Shown here piece by piece: positions 45,975 to 57,301 of a stretch of 64,000 bases of DNA. Position numbers and translations under genes: made by a program. The number at the start of each line of letters is the position of its first letter. Position 1 is the stretch's first letter. The stretch spans positions 62,161 to 126,160 of the forward strand of contig MFRA01000001.1 of assembly GCA_001783215.1 (NCBI GenBank). Direction: 5' to 3'. The notes beneath the pieces are model-generated. The model worked only from the letters and a program-made list of their open reading frames with translations, was not told where the DNA came from and made no database searches. The stretch is from Candidatus Magasanikbacteria bacterium RIFOXYD1_FULL_40_23. Its GTDB lineage: Bacteria; Patescibacteriota; Patescibacteriia; Magasanikbacterales; GWA2-37-8.

Positions 45975-47471
45975 ATGTCCACAAATAACATTGTTGAAGA
46001 AATCCGAAAAAACATCTCTCTGTTCCAAAAAGAAACCGAAAAAGAAGAGACAGGTAAAGTTATCGAAGTAGGTGATGGTATCGCTCGTCTTTCTGGGCTT
46101 TCCAAATGCCAAGCTAGTGAAATGCTTGAGTTCGGATCTGGCGAAGAAACCACCTATGGTTTGGCTTTAAACTTGGAAGAAGAAACTGTTGGTTGTGTGC
46201 TTCTCGGAGAATACCGACATATTAAAGAAGGGGATACTGTAAAGCGAACAAACAGAATTTTGTCTGTACCGGTTGGAGACGAATTGGTGGGTAGAGTGGT
46301 AAACCCCCTTGGTCAAGCTATAGACGGAGGCAAAGAAATTAAAACTGGTAAATTTGCTCCAATTGAAAAAATCGCTCCTGGTGTAATGACTCGTGAGCCA
46401 GTAAGTCAACCATTACAAACTGGTATCAAAGCTATCGATGCTCTTATTCCAGTTGGCCGTGGTCAGCGCGAACTTATTATCGGTGATCGTCAGACTGGTA
46501 AAACTGCTGTAGCAATCGATGCAATTATCAACCAAAAAGGCAAAGATATTATCTGTGTTTACGTTGCCGTTGGTCAGAAAGAATCCAAAGTTGCCCGTAT
46601 CGTGGCCAAACTAAAAGAAGCTGGAGCAATGGAATATACAATCGTAGTTGTAGCCGGCGCATCTCAGCCTGCAGCGATGTCTTATATCGCTCCATACTCT
46701 GGTGTAGCAATGGCCGAGTATTTTATGGACAAAGGTAAAGATGTTTTGTGTGTTTATGACGATTTAACCAAACAAGCTTGGGCATACAGAGAAATTTCTT
46801 TGTTGTTACGAAGACCTCCAGGTCGTGAAGCTTACCCTGGTGATGTGTTTTATTTACACTCCCGCTTGCTAGAACGATCTTGCCGTCGCAACAAAGAATC
46901 TGGCGGTGGTTCTATTACCGCTCTTCCTATTATCGAAACTCAAGCCGGAGATATTTCTGCCTATATTCCTACCAACGTAATTTCTATTACCGACGGTCAG
47001 ATTTTCTTGGAAACAGATTTGTTCTATAAAGGTATTCGCCCAGCTTTAAACGTTGGTGTATCTGTGTCTCGTGTAGGTGGCGCCGCTCAAATTAAACCAA
47101 TGAAAAAAGTTGCTGGTAAATTAAAATTGGCCATGGCCCAGTTCCGTGAAATGGAAGCCTTTGCCCAATTTTCTTCTGATTTGGATGCCGAAACAAAAAA
47201 CCAGATTGATCTTGGTCAAAGATTGGCTGAAGTTTTGAAACAACCTCAGTATGAACCAGTATCTGTTTCCCAGCAAGTTGCAGTAATTTATGCAGTAAGT
47301 AATGGTTTTGCAAGTTCTGTGGCTGTAAAAGATATGAAAGAATGGGAAGTTGGATTGCATGCATTCTTGGAAAAATCTAAAGGATCATTGCTAGAAAAAA
47401 TTGAAGCAGGGGAATGGGATGAAAAGATCGAAAAAGAATTGAAAGAAGCTTGCGGACAATATAAAAAATAA
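45975..47471 (+). CDS. atpA: ATP synthase F1 alpha
   Basis: [29 protein letters not shown]. Confidence 0.98.
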   Translation: MSTNNIVEEIRKNISLFQKETEKEETGKVIEVGDGIARLSGLSKCQASEMLEFGSGEETTYGLALNLEEETVGCVLLGEYRHIKEGDTVKRTNRILSVPVGDELVGRVVNPLGQAIDGGKEIKTGKFAPIEKIAPGVMTREPVSQPLQTGIKAIDALIPVGRGQRELIIGDRQTGKTAVAIDAIINQKGKDIICVYVAVGQKESKVARIVAKLKEAGAMEYTIVVVAGASQPAAMSYIAPYSGVAMAEYFMDKGKDVLCVYDDLTKQAWAYREISLLLRRPPGREAYPGDVFYLHSRLLERSCRRNKESGGGSITALPIIETQAGDISAYIPTNVISITDGQIFLETDLFYKGIRPALNVGVSVSRVGGAAQIKPMKKVAGKLKLAMAQFREMEAFAQFSSDLDAETKNQIDLGQRLAEVLKQPQYEPVSVSQQVAVIYAVSNGFASSVAVKDMKEWEVGLHAFLEKSKGSLLEKIEAGEWDEKIEKELKEACGQYKK

Positions 47472-47478
47472 ATTTCGA

Positions 47479-47563
47479 TTATATGGGCTAAAGCCCCATA
47501 TATACTCATTCGTTCGAAAATATTTTAGCAAGCTAAATATTTTACTCACTCACTTCGTATATG
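47479..47563 (+). repeat. GGGCTAAAGCCC-family element ending at the atpG ATG
   Basis: ...tagcaagcta...cttcgtatATG. Confidence 0.85.
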
Positions 47564-48505
47564 GCAATTAATACAAAAGTAATCAAACGCCGCCTTAAAT
47601 CTATTGGTAGTACCAAAAAAATTACCAAAGCTATGGAGATGATTGCGGCTGCCAAAATGCGCAAAGCGGTAAGCGCTGCTATAGATACGCGCGCTTATTC
47701 CAGCTTGGCTTGGGAACTTTTGGTTAACTTGTCCAAAACTCAAAAAGTACAAATTCCATTGTTGGAAGCAAGGCAAGTAAAAAAGATTTTGGTTATCATG
47801 ATTACTTCTAATCGTGGTTTGTGTGGTAGTTTTAATGCCAATATTATAAAAAAGACCGCTCTGCAAATGAAGGATCCAAAAAATATTGCTAAACAGGTAA
47901 TTGATGGAAAAGAAATATTGCCAAGCGACAGAGTAGAGGTAGATGTAATTGGTATTGGTAAAAAAGGCGCAGACTTTGCCAAAAAGATGGGCTACAACCT
48001 TACCGCCGCTTTTTCTAACATGACAGATACTCCAAATTTTGATGATGCGTTACCGATTGCCAAAATGGTAATAGATGCATATGAGAAAAAAACTTACGAC
48101 AAAGTAATTGTTGCTTATACCGATTTTAAATCGGCTTTAGTGCAAACTGCCAGACTACGACAAGTGTTGCCAATATCCGAATCTGATTTAGAAAAAACTT
48201 TATTTGATACAGAAGAAAAAAACTCTGTAAAAGAAAAAACAAATTTAAATGATTATTTATTTGAACCAAACAGAACTGATGTTTTACAAATAATTTTACC
48301 AAGGCTGGTTGAAACACAAATTTATCAAACGATGCTAGAATCTTCGGCCAGTGAACATAGTAGTCGTATGGTGGCTATGAAAGCTGCTAGTGAAGCAGCC
48401 AAAGATATGATAAGTGAATTAAATTTAACATTTAATAAAGCTAGACAAGCGGGCATCACCCAAGAGATCGCAGAGATCGCAGGTGGGGCAGCAGCGCTAG
48501 AATAA
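47561..48505 (+). CDS. atpG: ATP synthase F1 gamma
   Basis: KITKAMEMIAAAK, RGLCGSFN, RQAGITQEIAEI. Confidence 0.98.
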   Translation: MAINTKVIKRRLKSIGSTKKITKAMEMIAAAKMRKAVSAAIDTRAYSSLAWELLVNLSKTQKVQIPLLEARQVKKILVIMITSNRGLCGSFNANIIKKTALQMKDPKNIAKQVIDGKEILPSDRVEVDVIGIGKKGADFAKKMGYNLTAAFSNMTDTPNFDDALPIAKMVIDAYEKKTYDKVIVAYTDFKSALVQTARLRQVLPISESDLEKTLFDTEEKNSVKEKTNLNDYLFEPNRTDVLQIILPRLVETQIYQTMLESSASEHSSRMVAMKAASEAAKDMISELNLTFNKARQAGITQEIAEIAGGAAALE

Positions 48506-48519
48506 AATTTCTTTTCACT

Positions 48520-48655
48520 TGTCATTCTGAGCAAAGCTGAAGAATCCCTCTTGTCCCAATGAAAGGGATCCTTCACTCCGTTCAGGATGACAGCCTAAAA
48601 AAATAACTAATAAATAAAATTAAATATCAGATCCTGAAACCAGTTCAGGATGACA
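48520..48655. repeat. TGTCA...TGACA repeat (48520-48592) plus half copy (48629-48655)
   Basis: Near-identical to 26629-26702. Confidence 0.85.
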
Positions 48656-48660
48656 AATAA

Positions 48661-50034
<1,374 letters not shown>

Positions 50035-50078
50035 TTAAGCCTGCCGGATTAAGGGCAGGCGTAAAGATCGGTAAGGCA

Positions 50079-50363
50079 CTATTCTGGAAATGGAAGGAAC
50101 GACATAACACGGAGAGTTTCATATGGAGGAGAGTGGTGAAAGCGGGGGCAAATGTCACCAAGATAATCCCACAACTCTTTTTCTCCAAGATCCTCACGCA
50201 AATTCTCCCAGTTATACCTCTGAACTGGTTTAGACAGTAAATTAGTTAAACGGTCAAGGATCTCAATCGTAGCAGAAACTTTAAGCACCCTTGCCTCCAT
50301 AAAATTACCAATCTTATCAAAAGCATGGATAAGGAGCAACCATTCTCTAGATTTCTGTGACAT
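50079..50363 (-). CDS. Orphan antisense gene inside the atp operon
   Basis: AGGAGG SD; promoter TTGACA-17-TATACT at 50385-50413; hairpin at 50039-50060. Confidence 0.65.
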   Translation of the reverse strand: MSQKSREWLLLIHAFDKIGNFMEARVLKVSATIEILDRLTNLLSKPVQRYNWENLREDLGEKELWDYLGDICPRFHHSPPYETLRVMSFLPFPE

Positions 50364-50406
50364 GGTAAGATCCTCCTAGAAAGGAGTATAGAAAAATAAA
50401 AATTTT

Positions 50407-50838
50407 ATGTCAACACTAAAATTCAAAATCGTAACACCGGAAAAAACAATTTACGAAAATGAAATTTTCCAAGCCACTATTCCTACTATGGAAGGTGAGA
50501 TTACGGTTCTTCCAAATCATATTCCACTTATTTCTGTTCTCAAAGCCGGTGAATTAAAATTCAAAGATAAAGAAGGTGAACAGCAAATGGCAGTCTCTGG
50601 TGGATTTTTGGAAGTAAGAGGAAAAAATGAAATTGTAATTTTAGCAGATCATGCGCAGAGAGTAGCCGAGATAGATGTGGATAAAGCCGAAGAAGCTCGC
50701 GCACGTGCTGAAGAACAAATGGCAAATCTAAAGAATGCTCAAGATGTAGATTATGCAAAACTTCAAGCTATAATGGATAGAGAATTAAACAAATTGCGAG
50801 TCGCAAAAAAGTATAAAAATCTTCCAATTAGTAAATAA
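50407..50838 (+). CDS. atpC: ATP synthase F1 epsilon
   Basis: KIVTPE, GEITVLPNHIP, VSGGFLEV. Confidence 0.96.
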   Translation: MSTLKFKIVTPEKTIYENEIFQATIPTMEGEITVLPNHIPLISVLKAGELKFKDKEGEQQMAVSGGFLEVRGKNEIVILADHAQRVAEIDVDKAEEARARAEEQMANLKNAQDVDYAKLQAIMDRELNKLRVAKKYKNLPISK

Positions 50839-50932
50839 TAAATCTGATTGACAAGCCGTTGTAAATAAGGTATATATATTGGATATAATTTAGTCGTTCC
50901 TAAACGACCTCTAAATCATAATCTTATATCCT

Positions 50933-51067
50933 ATGGAAAAGTGTCAAAAATGTAGAACTGTACTTGAAGAGATGAATGATTCTTGTTTATGTAATGAAAG
51001 CGTTTGTGTGCGTTGTTGCGGATGTGATGAAAGCTGTGGTTGCGAATGTATTGATAAACAAAGTTAA
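50933..51067 (+). CDS. 44-aa Cys-rich metallothionein-like peptide (missing from the ORF track)
   Basis: MEKCQKCRTVLEEMNDSCLCNESVCVRCCGCDESCGCECIDKQS, 11 Cys; promoter TTGACA-17-TATATA at 50848-50876. Confidence 0.7.
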   Translation: MEKCQKCRTVLEEMNDSCLCNESVCVRCCGCDESCGCECIDKQS

Positions 51068-51200
51068 CTATTACTTCTTTAAATTTTCAACTTCCTAGCC
51101 AATATTAGTAACATTTTGGCTTTTCTTACGTCTTCTATTGTATAATAACCTTTGTAAAAAGGGTTTTTGACTGTTTTTGCAATAAAACAGCGTTTATTTT

Positions 51201-52964
51201 ATGCAAGAAAATACCAAAAAAACACTTGGAATATTCTGGAAGTATACAATGAAATACTGGCCAGCTTTTTTTATTACCGTATTTTTTTTGGTCGTAGGTG
51301 CGATTATTACTGTTATTACTCCAATTTATCTCAAAAAGATAGTTGATTTAATGTCTGCCGGCTCTTTGGCTAGAAATGAAACATACAAAAACTTAATGAG
51401 TATTTTGTCTGTTATAGTTATATTATATATTGTGGAATGGGCAGCTTGGCGCATATCCACCTATTTTGCGGGTAGGGTAGAGTTGCGAGTGATGGCAGAT
51501 TTAAGCAATGCCTGTTTTAAATATTTACATAAACTATCTTTTAACTTTTTTAATAATAATTTTGTCGGTTCTTTGGTAAAACGGGTTAATTGGTTTACCC
51601 GCGCTTACGAAGGCATTATAGAAGTATTTTTCTGGGATCTTTTCTTGGTCGTTGTTAGAATCGGCCTAATGCTGGTAGTTATTTTCCAACGTAATACGAT
51701 TTTAGGATGGAGTTTAGTTGGTTGGATTGTCTGTTTTTTGGTTTTCAATCAAATGTTTGTAAAGTTTAAATTAAAATATAATCTAAAAAGAAACGACGCC
51801 GAAACTAAAGCCACTGGAATTTTGGCAGATACTATTACCAACCATTTGAACGTGAAGTTGTTTACTGGTTATAAACATGAAGAAAAGAGATATGGCGATA
51901 TTACAAACGAAGTAAAAAAATGGCGCACAATTACTTGGAATTTAGATACACTGTTCGAAGCGGTGCAGAGCTTTTTTATGTTTGCGCTAGACGTTGGTAT
52001 TTTGTATTTGGCCATCACATTTTGGAAAAAAGGTACGCTTACGGTAGGTGATCTGGTTCTACTTCAAACCTATTTGTTCGGCATGATTTCTATGTTGTGG
52101 AGTTTTGGTAGAAATATACGTAGAATTTATAATCATTTGGCCGATGCAGAAGAGATGACGGTGATGTTTAATACGCCACCAGAGATTGTAGATCTGTCTA
52201 AAGCCGTAGCTTTGAAACCGGGAGCCGGAAAAATAGAATTCAAAAATGTTTCTTTTAACTATAATCAAACCAAAGAAATTTTAAAGAAACTAAACTTGGT
52301 TATTTCTCCGCAAGAAAAGATAGCTTTGGTTGGTCCGTCCGGAGCCGGCAAAAGTACGATTACAAAATTATTACTACGCCTTTATGAATTGTCTGCTGGT
52401 AAAATTTTGGTGGATAACCAAGATATCTCTAAAGTAAAAATGGAAAGTCTTTGGCAGAATGTTAGCTTGGTGCCACAAGATCCGATACTATTTCACCGCA
52501 CACTGCTCGAAAATATTCGTTATGGTAAGCCAGACGCTACCGAAGCCGAGGTTTTTGAAGCTGCCAAATTGGCGCACTGCGATGAATTTATAAAAGACTT
52601 CCCAGAAGGTTATGCCACTTTTGTGGGTGAAAGAGGTGTTAAATTGTCTGGCGGAGAACGCCAGCGTGTGGCTATTGCTAGAGCTATACTGCACAACGCC
52701 CCGATTCTAATTTTAGACGAAGCTACTTCTAGTCTTGATTCTGAATCAGAACAACTAATCCAAAAAGCGCTAGATGTTTTGATAAAAGGTAAAACAGTGA
52801 TTGTGATTGCGCACAGACTTTCTACTATTATGAAAATGGATAGGATTTTGGTAGTAAAAGATGGAAAAATTACTGAAACTGGCTCCCATAAAGAACTATT
52901 GCAAAAAGAAGATGGTATATACAAAAAGCTTTGGGAAGTGCAAGCGGGTGGATTTATTGCTTAA
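51201..52964 (+). CDS. ABC exporter, fused TMD and NBD
   Basis: GPSGAGKST, LSGGERQR, ILDEATSSLD, IAHRLST. Confidence 0.95.
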   Translation: MQENTKKTLGIFWKYTMKYWPAFFITVFFLVVGAIITVITPIYLKKIVDLMSAGSLARNETYKNLMSILSVIVILYIVEWAAWRISTYFAGRVELRVMADLSNACFKYLHKLSFNFFNNNFVGSLVKRVNWFTRAYEGIIEVFFWDLFLVVVRIGLMLVVIFQRNTILGWSLVGWIVCFLVFNQMFVKFKLKYNLKRNDAETKATGILADTITNHLNVKLFTGYKHEEKRYGDITNEVKKWRTITWNLDTLFEAVQSFFMFALDVGILYLAITFWKKGTLTVGDLVLLQTYLFGMISMLWSFGRNIRRIYNHLADAEEMTVMFNTPPEIVDLSKAVALKPGAGKIEFKNVSFNYNQTKEILKKLNLVISPQEKIALVGPSGAGKSTITKLLLRLYELSAGKILVDNQDISKVKMESLWQNVSLVPQDPILFHRTLLENIRYGKPDATEAEVFEAAKLAHCDEFIKDFPEGYATFVGERGVKLSGGERQRVAIARAILHNAPILILDEATSSLDSESEQLIQKALDVLIKGKTVIVIAHRLSTIMKMDRILVVKDGKITETGSHKELLQKEDGIYKKLWEVQAGGFIA

Positions 52965-53063
52965 ATTGGCGCATTGCCAAACAGGCAAATTTTGGTATAC
53001 TAAGGACAGCTAAGCAGGCTGTTTTTATGTAGTTTTAGGCACTAAAGATAGAAATTTAAGTAT

Positions 53064-56000
53064 ATGACCACAGGTTCTGCAAAATCCGTAAACGATGCTG
53101 TTTTCTTGCAAAAATACAAAAAATTAAACGAGCAGCAAAAATTAGCCGTAGATACAATTGAAGGTGCGGTACTAGTGATTGCTGGCCCAGGTTCTGGTAA
53201 AACAGAGCTTTTAAGTTTGCGCGTAGCTAATATTTTACAAAAAGGCGATGTTTATCCGTCCAATATTTTGTGTTTAACCTTTACTGACTTTGCCGCCAAA
53301 AACATGAGTGATAGGTTGTCTGCCCTAATAGGAGTAGATGCACACAGAGTAGCGATACATACATTTCATAGCTTTGCTCTAAATATCAAAAATCGTTTTC
53401 AAGAAAATTTTTACGAAGCCCAAAAAATGAATGCTTCCGACGAGTTAATTCAGATAGAAACACTTTCCGAAATACTTGCCACCTTGCCATTGTCGGACGC
53501 CTTAAGTAAAAAAGATGCAACTGGTGCTTATTTTTATTTAAATAGTATAAAAGACAGAATTGGTAAATTAAAAAAGGCTGGCATAACGCCGCTAGAATAT
53601 CAAAAGATACTTAATACAAACTCTGTTTGTTATAAAGAAATTGAAAAAATACTCATCCCAGCTTTTCAAGACAGAATATCAAAAAGTCTTCGTGATGAGC
53701 TGCCAAAGATAATTGCGCAGATAGATGCGATTAAAACGCCAAGTGTGCCGGTAGATCATAGTAGTCTTTTTGATTACAAAGAATTATTAATGCAATCTCT
53801 TTCTTTTGCTTACGAAAAATCAGTAGAAGAAAACGGCACAAAATCACTAACCGTTTGGAAAGATGAATGGTTGAAAAAAGATTCAGATACCAAAGAATTA
53901 CATCTGAAAGATGCGCACCAGTTAGAGAGGAACATATCTCTTGCGCAAGTTTATAAAATTTATCAAGAAAAAATGCTTTTGGCCGGGTATGTAGACTTTG
54001 ACGATATGATTATGGATCTTCTTCGTGTGTTGCATAGTAAAAAGGGGATACTTAGTCAACTCCAGGAGCAGTACCAATATATTTTGGTAGATGAGTTTCA
54101 AGATACAAATGATGCTCAGATGCGAATTATAAATTTGCTTGCAGATAATTCGGTGAACGAAAACAATCCTAATATAATGGTGGTGGGGGACGATGATCAA
54201 GCTGTTTATAAATTTCAAGGTGCCGAAATAAATAATATTTTACAATTTAAAAAACAGTATCCAAAAGCCAAAATAATAACCCTCTCCAAGAATTATCGCT
54301 CTACCAAAGAGATTGTTGATTTTTCGCAAATTATTATTTCTCAAGGCGATGTTCGTCTAACAAATCAAGTTAAAGAAATAGAAAAAAAGCTAGAAGCAGC
54401 CAATCCAAATATTGCTGAAGGCGCTATCGTGGCGCACACTTTTGATACCGCTCTTCACGAATATGCATATGTGGCCACCGAAATAAAAAATAAAATTGAT
54501 AGTGGTGTAAATCCAGATGATATTGCTGTTATAGCCAGAAATCACTATCAGTTGGAGATGGTGTCCACTTATTTGGAAACAGAAAATATTCCCATTAAAT
54601 ACGAAAAGCAGAGAAATATATTAAACGAACCACAAATACAGCAACTTATATCGCTAGCTCGTTTAGTAGAATCAATTTCAAGTAGTAGTACAAATTACCA
54701 AAATGACTTATTACCAATCGTGTTATCATTTCCGTTTTGGGAAATTGAACGCCAAACAATTTGGCAGTTGTCTATTGATGCCAGTAAGACTATAAAAAGT
54801 GATAAAAATGGTCGTTGGATAGATGTTATGCTTGCTGGTGAAAATGCTCATCTAAAAAATATAGCTAATTGGCTACTAACTCTGGCAGGTGAGGCTCAGA
54901 CAGATCCGCTAGATTCAATGTTTGATAAGTTAATTGGACCAGAAGAAGAAATGGATTCTTTCTCCTCTCCGTTTCGCCGTTTTTATTTTAGCAAAGAAAA
55001 ATACGAGCAAAACCCTAGAGCCTATTTGCAGTTTTTATCAAGTTTAAATACCTTTAAAAATACAATTTCTCTGTACGGTACCAGAACAAATTCTCCTCGC
55101 TTAGCAAGCTTGGTGGCCTGTGTGGATGTTTACCAGAAAAATAATTTAGCGATTACTGATACAAGTCCATATTTAAGTGGTACAAATGCGGTTTCTCTAC
55201 TTACTGCGCACAAAGCAAAAGGGTCGGAGTTTGATACCGTGTTTGTGGTAAATTGCCAAAATGATGTTTGGGCAAAATCACAAGGTAGAGATATGATTGC
55301 GTTTCCAAAGAATCTACCAATTGATCCATCTGGCGATACGCTAGATGATTTCTTGCGTATCTTTTTTGTGGCTTTAACTAGAGCAAAAAGACATTTATAT
55401 GTTACTAGTTATATAAAAGAAGAAAATGGCAAAGACTCTTTGCAGATTCCTTTCTTGGAGCCGTCTATCTTTGCTGATTTTGATCATAAGATAGATGCTG
55501 CTCACCAAAAAATGGAACTACTACATACAATAAAAACTTTAGAGAAAAACATTCTTCCAAAAGTTGGGCCGATTGCTACAGACGAACGCCCGATCCTTCA
55601 ACCATTATTGGATAATTATATAATGAGCGTAACTCACCTAAACAATTTTCTTGATGTTGAAAAAGGCGGACCGCACCATTTCTTTGAACAGAATTTTTTG
55701 CGATTCCCTCAGGCAAAATCAGCGCACACATCTTATGGTACAGCTATGCACGAAACAATGCAGGGTATTTATAATTATATAAAAAGTACGGGCAAAAAAC
55801 CTTCGCTATCAAAAGCGCAAGAAATTTTTAAAGAGAAATTAGTGCAGCAAGCAATGAGCGAACAGGATTTTAAAAACTATCTTGAAGAGGGTAATAGTGC
55901 CTGGAAAGTCTATATAGAAAAAGTAAGCGATCGTTTTGATCCGTCCCATTGGATAGAAACTGATTTTAGAACGCAAAGTGTAATGATTGAGAATGTCCAA

Positions 56001-56420
56001 ATTACAGGTAAAATAGATAAGATTGTTCCCAATGAGCAGGACAAGGTGTTGGAAGTTTATGATTTTAAAACAGGAAAACCCCAAAAAGATTGGAATGGAA
56101 AAAATGAAATTAAAAAAATCCAACTTCATAATTATAAAAGACAGCTTGTCTTCTATAAACTTTTGGTAGAAGGTTCACGTGATTTTCATAAATACAGAGT
56201 AAACAATGGATACTTGGAGTTCTTGAATCCTGCTAGCGACGAAGAAATGGTCGTGTTGCCATATGTGATTACTTCCGAAGATGTGGAGAGGCTAAAGAAA
56301 TTAATACAGGCTGTTTATAACAAGATACAAGCGTTAGACTTTTTGGATGTTAATAAGTATGAGCCAACTTTGGAGGGTATGCTTCAATTTGAAGATGATT
56401 TAATAAATGGTGTGGTTTAA
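53064..56420 (+). CDS. UvrD/PcrA-like helicase with C-terminal PD-(D/E)xK nuclease
   Basis: AGPGSGKT, VDEFQD, VGDDDQ, NYRS, VALTRAK; GKIDKI..YDFKTG..QLVFY. Confidence 0.92.
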   Translation: MTTGSAKSVNDAVFLQKYKKLNEQQKLAVDTIEGAVLVIAGPGSGKTELLSLRVANILQKGDVYPSNILCLTFTDFAAKNMSDRLSALIGVDAHRVAIHTFHSFALNIKNRFQENFYEAQKMNASDELIQIETLSEILATLPLSDALSKKDATGAYFYLNSIKDRIGKLKKAGITPLEYQKILNTNSVCYKEIEKILIPAFQDRISKSLRDELPKIIAQIDAIKTPSVPVDHSSLFDYKELLMQSLSFAYEKSVEENGTKSLTVWKDEWLKKDSDTKELHLKDAHQLERNISLAQVYKIYQEKMLLAGYVDFDDMIMDLLRVLHSKKGILSQLQEQYQYILVDEFQDTNDAQMRIINLLADNSVNENNPNIMVVGDDDQAVYKFQGAEINNILQFKKQYPKAKIITLSKNYRSTKEIVDFSQIIISQGDVRLTNQVKEIEKKLEAANPNIAEGAIVAHTFDTALHEYAYVATEIKNKIDSGVNPDDIAVIARNHYQLEMVSTYLETENIPIKYEKQRNILNEPQIQQLISLARLVESISSSSTNYQNDLLPIVLSFPFWEIERQTIWQLSIDASKTIKSDKNGRWIDVMLAGENAHLKNIANWLLTLAGEAQTDPLDSMFDKLIGPEEEMDSFSSPFRRFYFSKEKYEQNPRAYLQFLSSLNTFKNTISLYGTRTNSPRLASLVACVDVYQKNNLAITDTSPYLSGTNAVSLLTAHKAKGSEFDTVFVVNCQNDVWAKSQGRDMIAFPKNLPIDPSGDTLDDFLRIFFVALTRAKRHLYVTSYIKEENGKDSLQIPFLEPSIFADFDHKIDAAHQKMELLHTIKTLEKNILPKVGPIATDERPILQPLLDNYIMSVTHLNNFLDVEKGGPHHFFEQNFLRFPQAKSAHTSYGTAMHETMQGIYNYIKSTGKKPSLSKAQEIFKEKLVQQAMSEQDFKNYLEEGNSAWKVYIEKVSDRFDPSHWIETDFRTQSVMIENVQITGKIDKIVPNEQDKVLEVYDFKTGKPQKDWNGKNEIKKIQLHNYKRQLVFYKLLVEGSRDFHKYRVNNGYLEFLNPASDEEMVVLPYVITSEDVERLKKLIQAVYNKIQALDFLDVNKYEPTLEGMLQFEDDLINGVV

Positions 56421-56440
56421 TTTAGATAAGTATTCTTGAT

Positions 56441-56527
56441 TTATATAGGGGCTAAAGCCACATATATACTCGTTCGCTCAAAAATATATTAGCAAGCTAA
56501 ATATTTTATTTACTCACTTCGTATATG
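56441..56527 (+). repeat. GGGCTAAAGCCC-family element ending at the DUF721 ATG
   Basis: ...tagcaagcta...cttcgtatATG. Confidence 0.85.
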
Positions 56528-56821
56528 GCAATGCAATCACTAGGACAAATTCTAAAAAAACAAATGCCGCAAAGCTCCGCTGGCAAACAAGTGACAGCCA
56601 GCTTTATCGTAGAAAAAGCAAACCAAACTATAAAAGAACTATTTGGTGCTGGTTCATCTAAATTTTGTCAGGCTGTATATTTCAAAGATAAAACTATCGC
56701 CATTACTTGTCTTAGCTCCGTAATGGCTCAAGAAATTAAGCTAAACGAGAAAAAAATAATATCTGCAACTAACGATAAATTGGGTGTGCAAGCTATAGAA
56801 AAAGTGCGATATTTGTTCTAA
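56525..56821 (+). CDS. DUF721/DciA family protein
   Basis: SLGQIL N-terminus; SSVMAQEIKL. Confidence 0.7.
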   Translation: MAMQSLGQILKKQMPQSSAGKQVTASFIVEKANQTIKELFGAGSSKFCQAVYFKDKTIAITCLSSVMAQEIKLNEKKIISATNDKLGVQAIEKVRYLF

Positions 56822-56882
56822 AATAGATACTTGCCAAACCGCCAAAACAAGGCTAAACTTGACTCAGCGGAGCTTAAATTAT

Positions 56883-57278
56883 ATGTCCTTACGTCAATAC
56901 CTTATCCTAATGTCTATCGGGGCTTTAATCTGCTGGTTAGCCTGGTTTTTTGTGCTAGGTAGCACAGACCCGGCCGAGGCTGGATTTTTTGGATTTTTAT
57001 TCTTCTATACCAGTTTATTCCTAGCTCTGGCAGGTACCTTTTCAGTTATTGGTTTCCTTATCAAGAAAATAATTTTAAAAGATGACCAAGTTGTTTTTCA
57101 TCACGTGAAGTCTACTTTTAGACAGGGGATGCTACTAGCCGGAATTTTAATCGCAGGGTTAATTTTATTGCAAACAGATTTGCTTGCTTGGTGGAGCGCC
57201 ACGTTACTCGTTTTATTATTTATAGCCATAGAAGGCATTATTTTTACAAGTAGAAAATATAACAACCGAGGATTTTAA
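56883..57278 (+). CDS. 4-TM hypothetical membrane protein
   Basis: Hydrophobic; DP and FRQG motifs. Confidence 0.7.
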   Translation: MSLRQYLILMSIGALICWLAWFFVLGSTDPAEAGFFGFLFFYTSLFLALAGTFSVIGFLIKKIILKDDQVVFHHVKSTFRQGMLLAGILIAGLILLQTDLLAWWSATLLVLLFIAIEGIIFTSRKYNNRGF

Positions 57279-57301
57279 TTTAAACCGTGTTTTGTAAGGT
57301 T

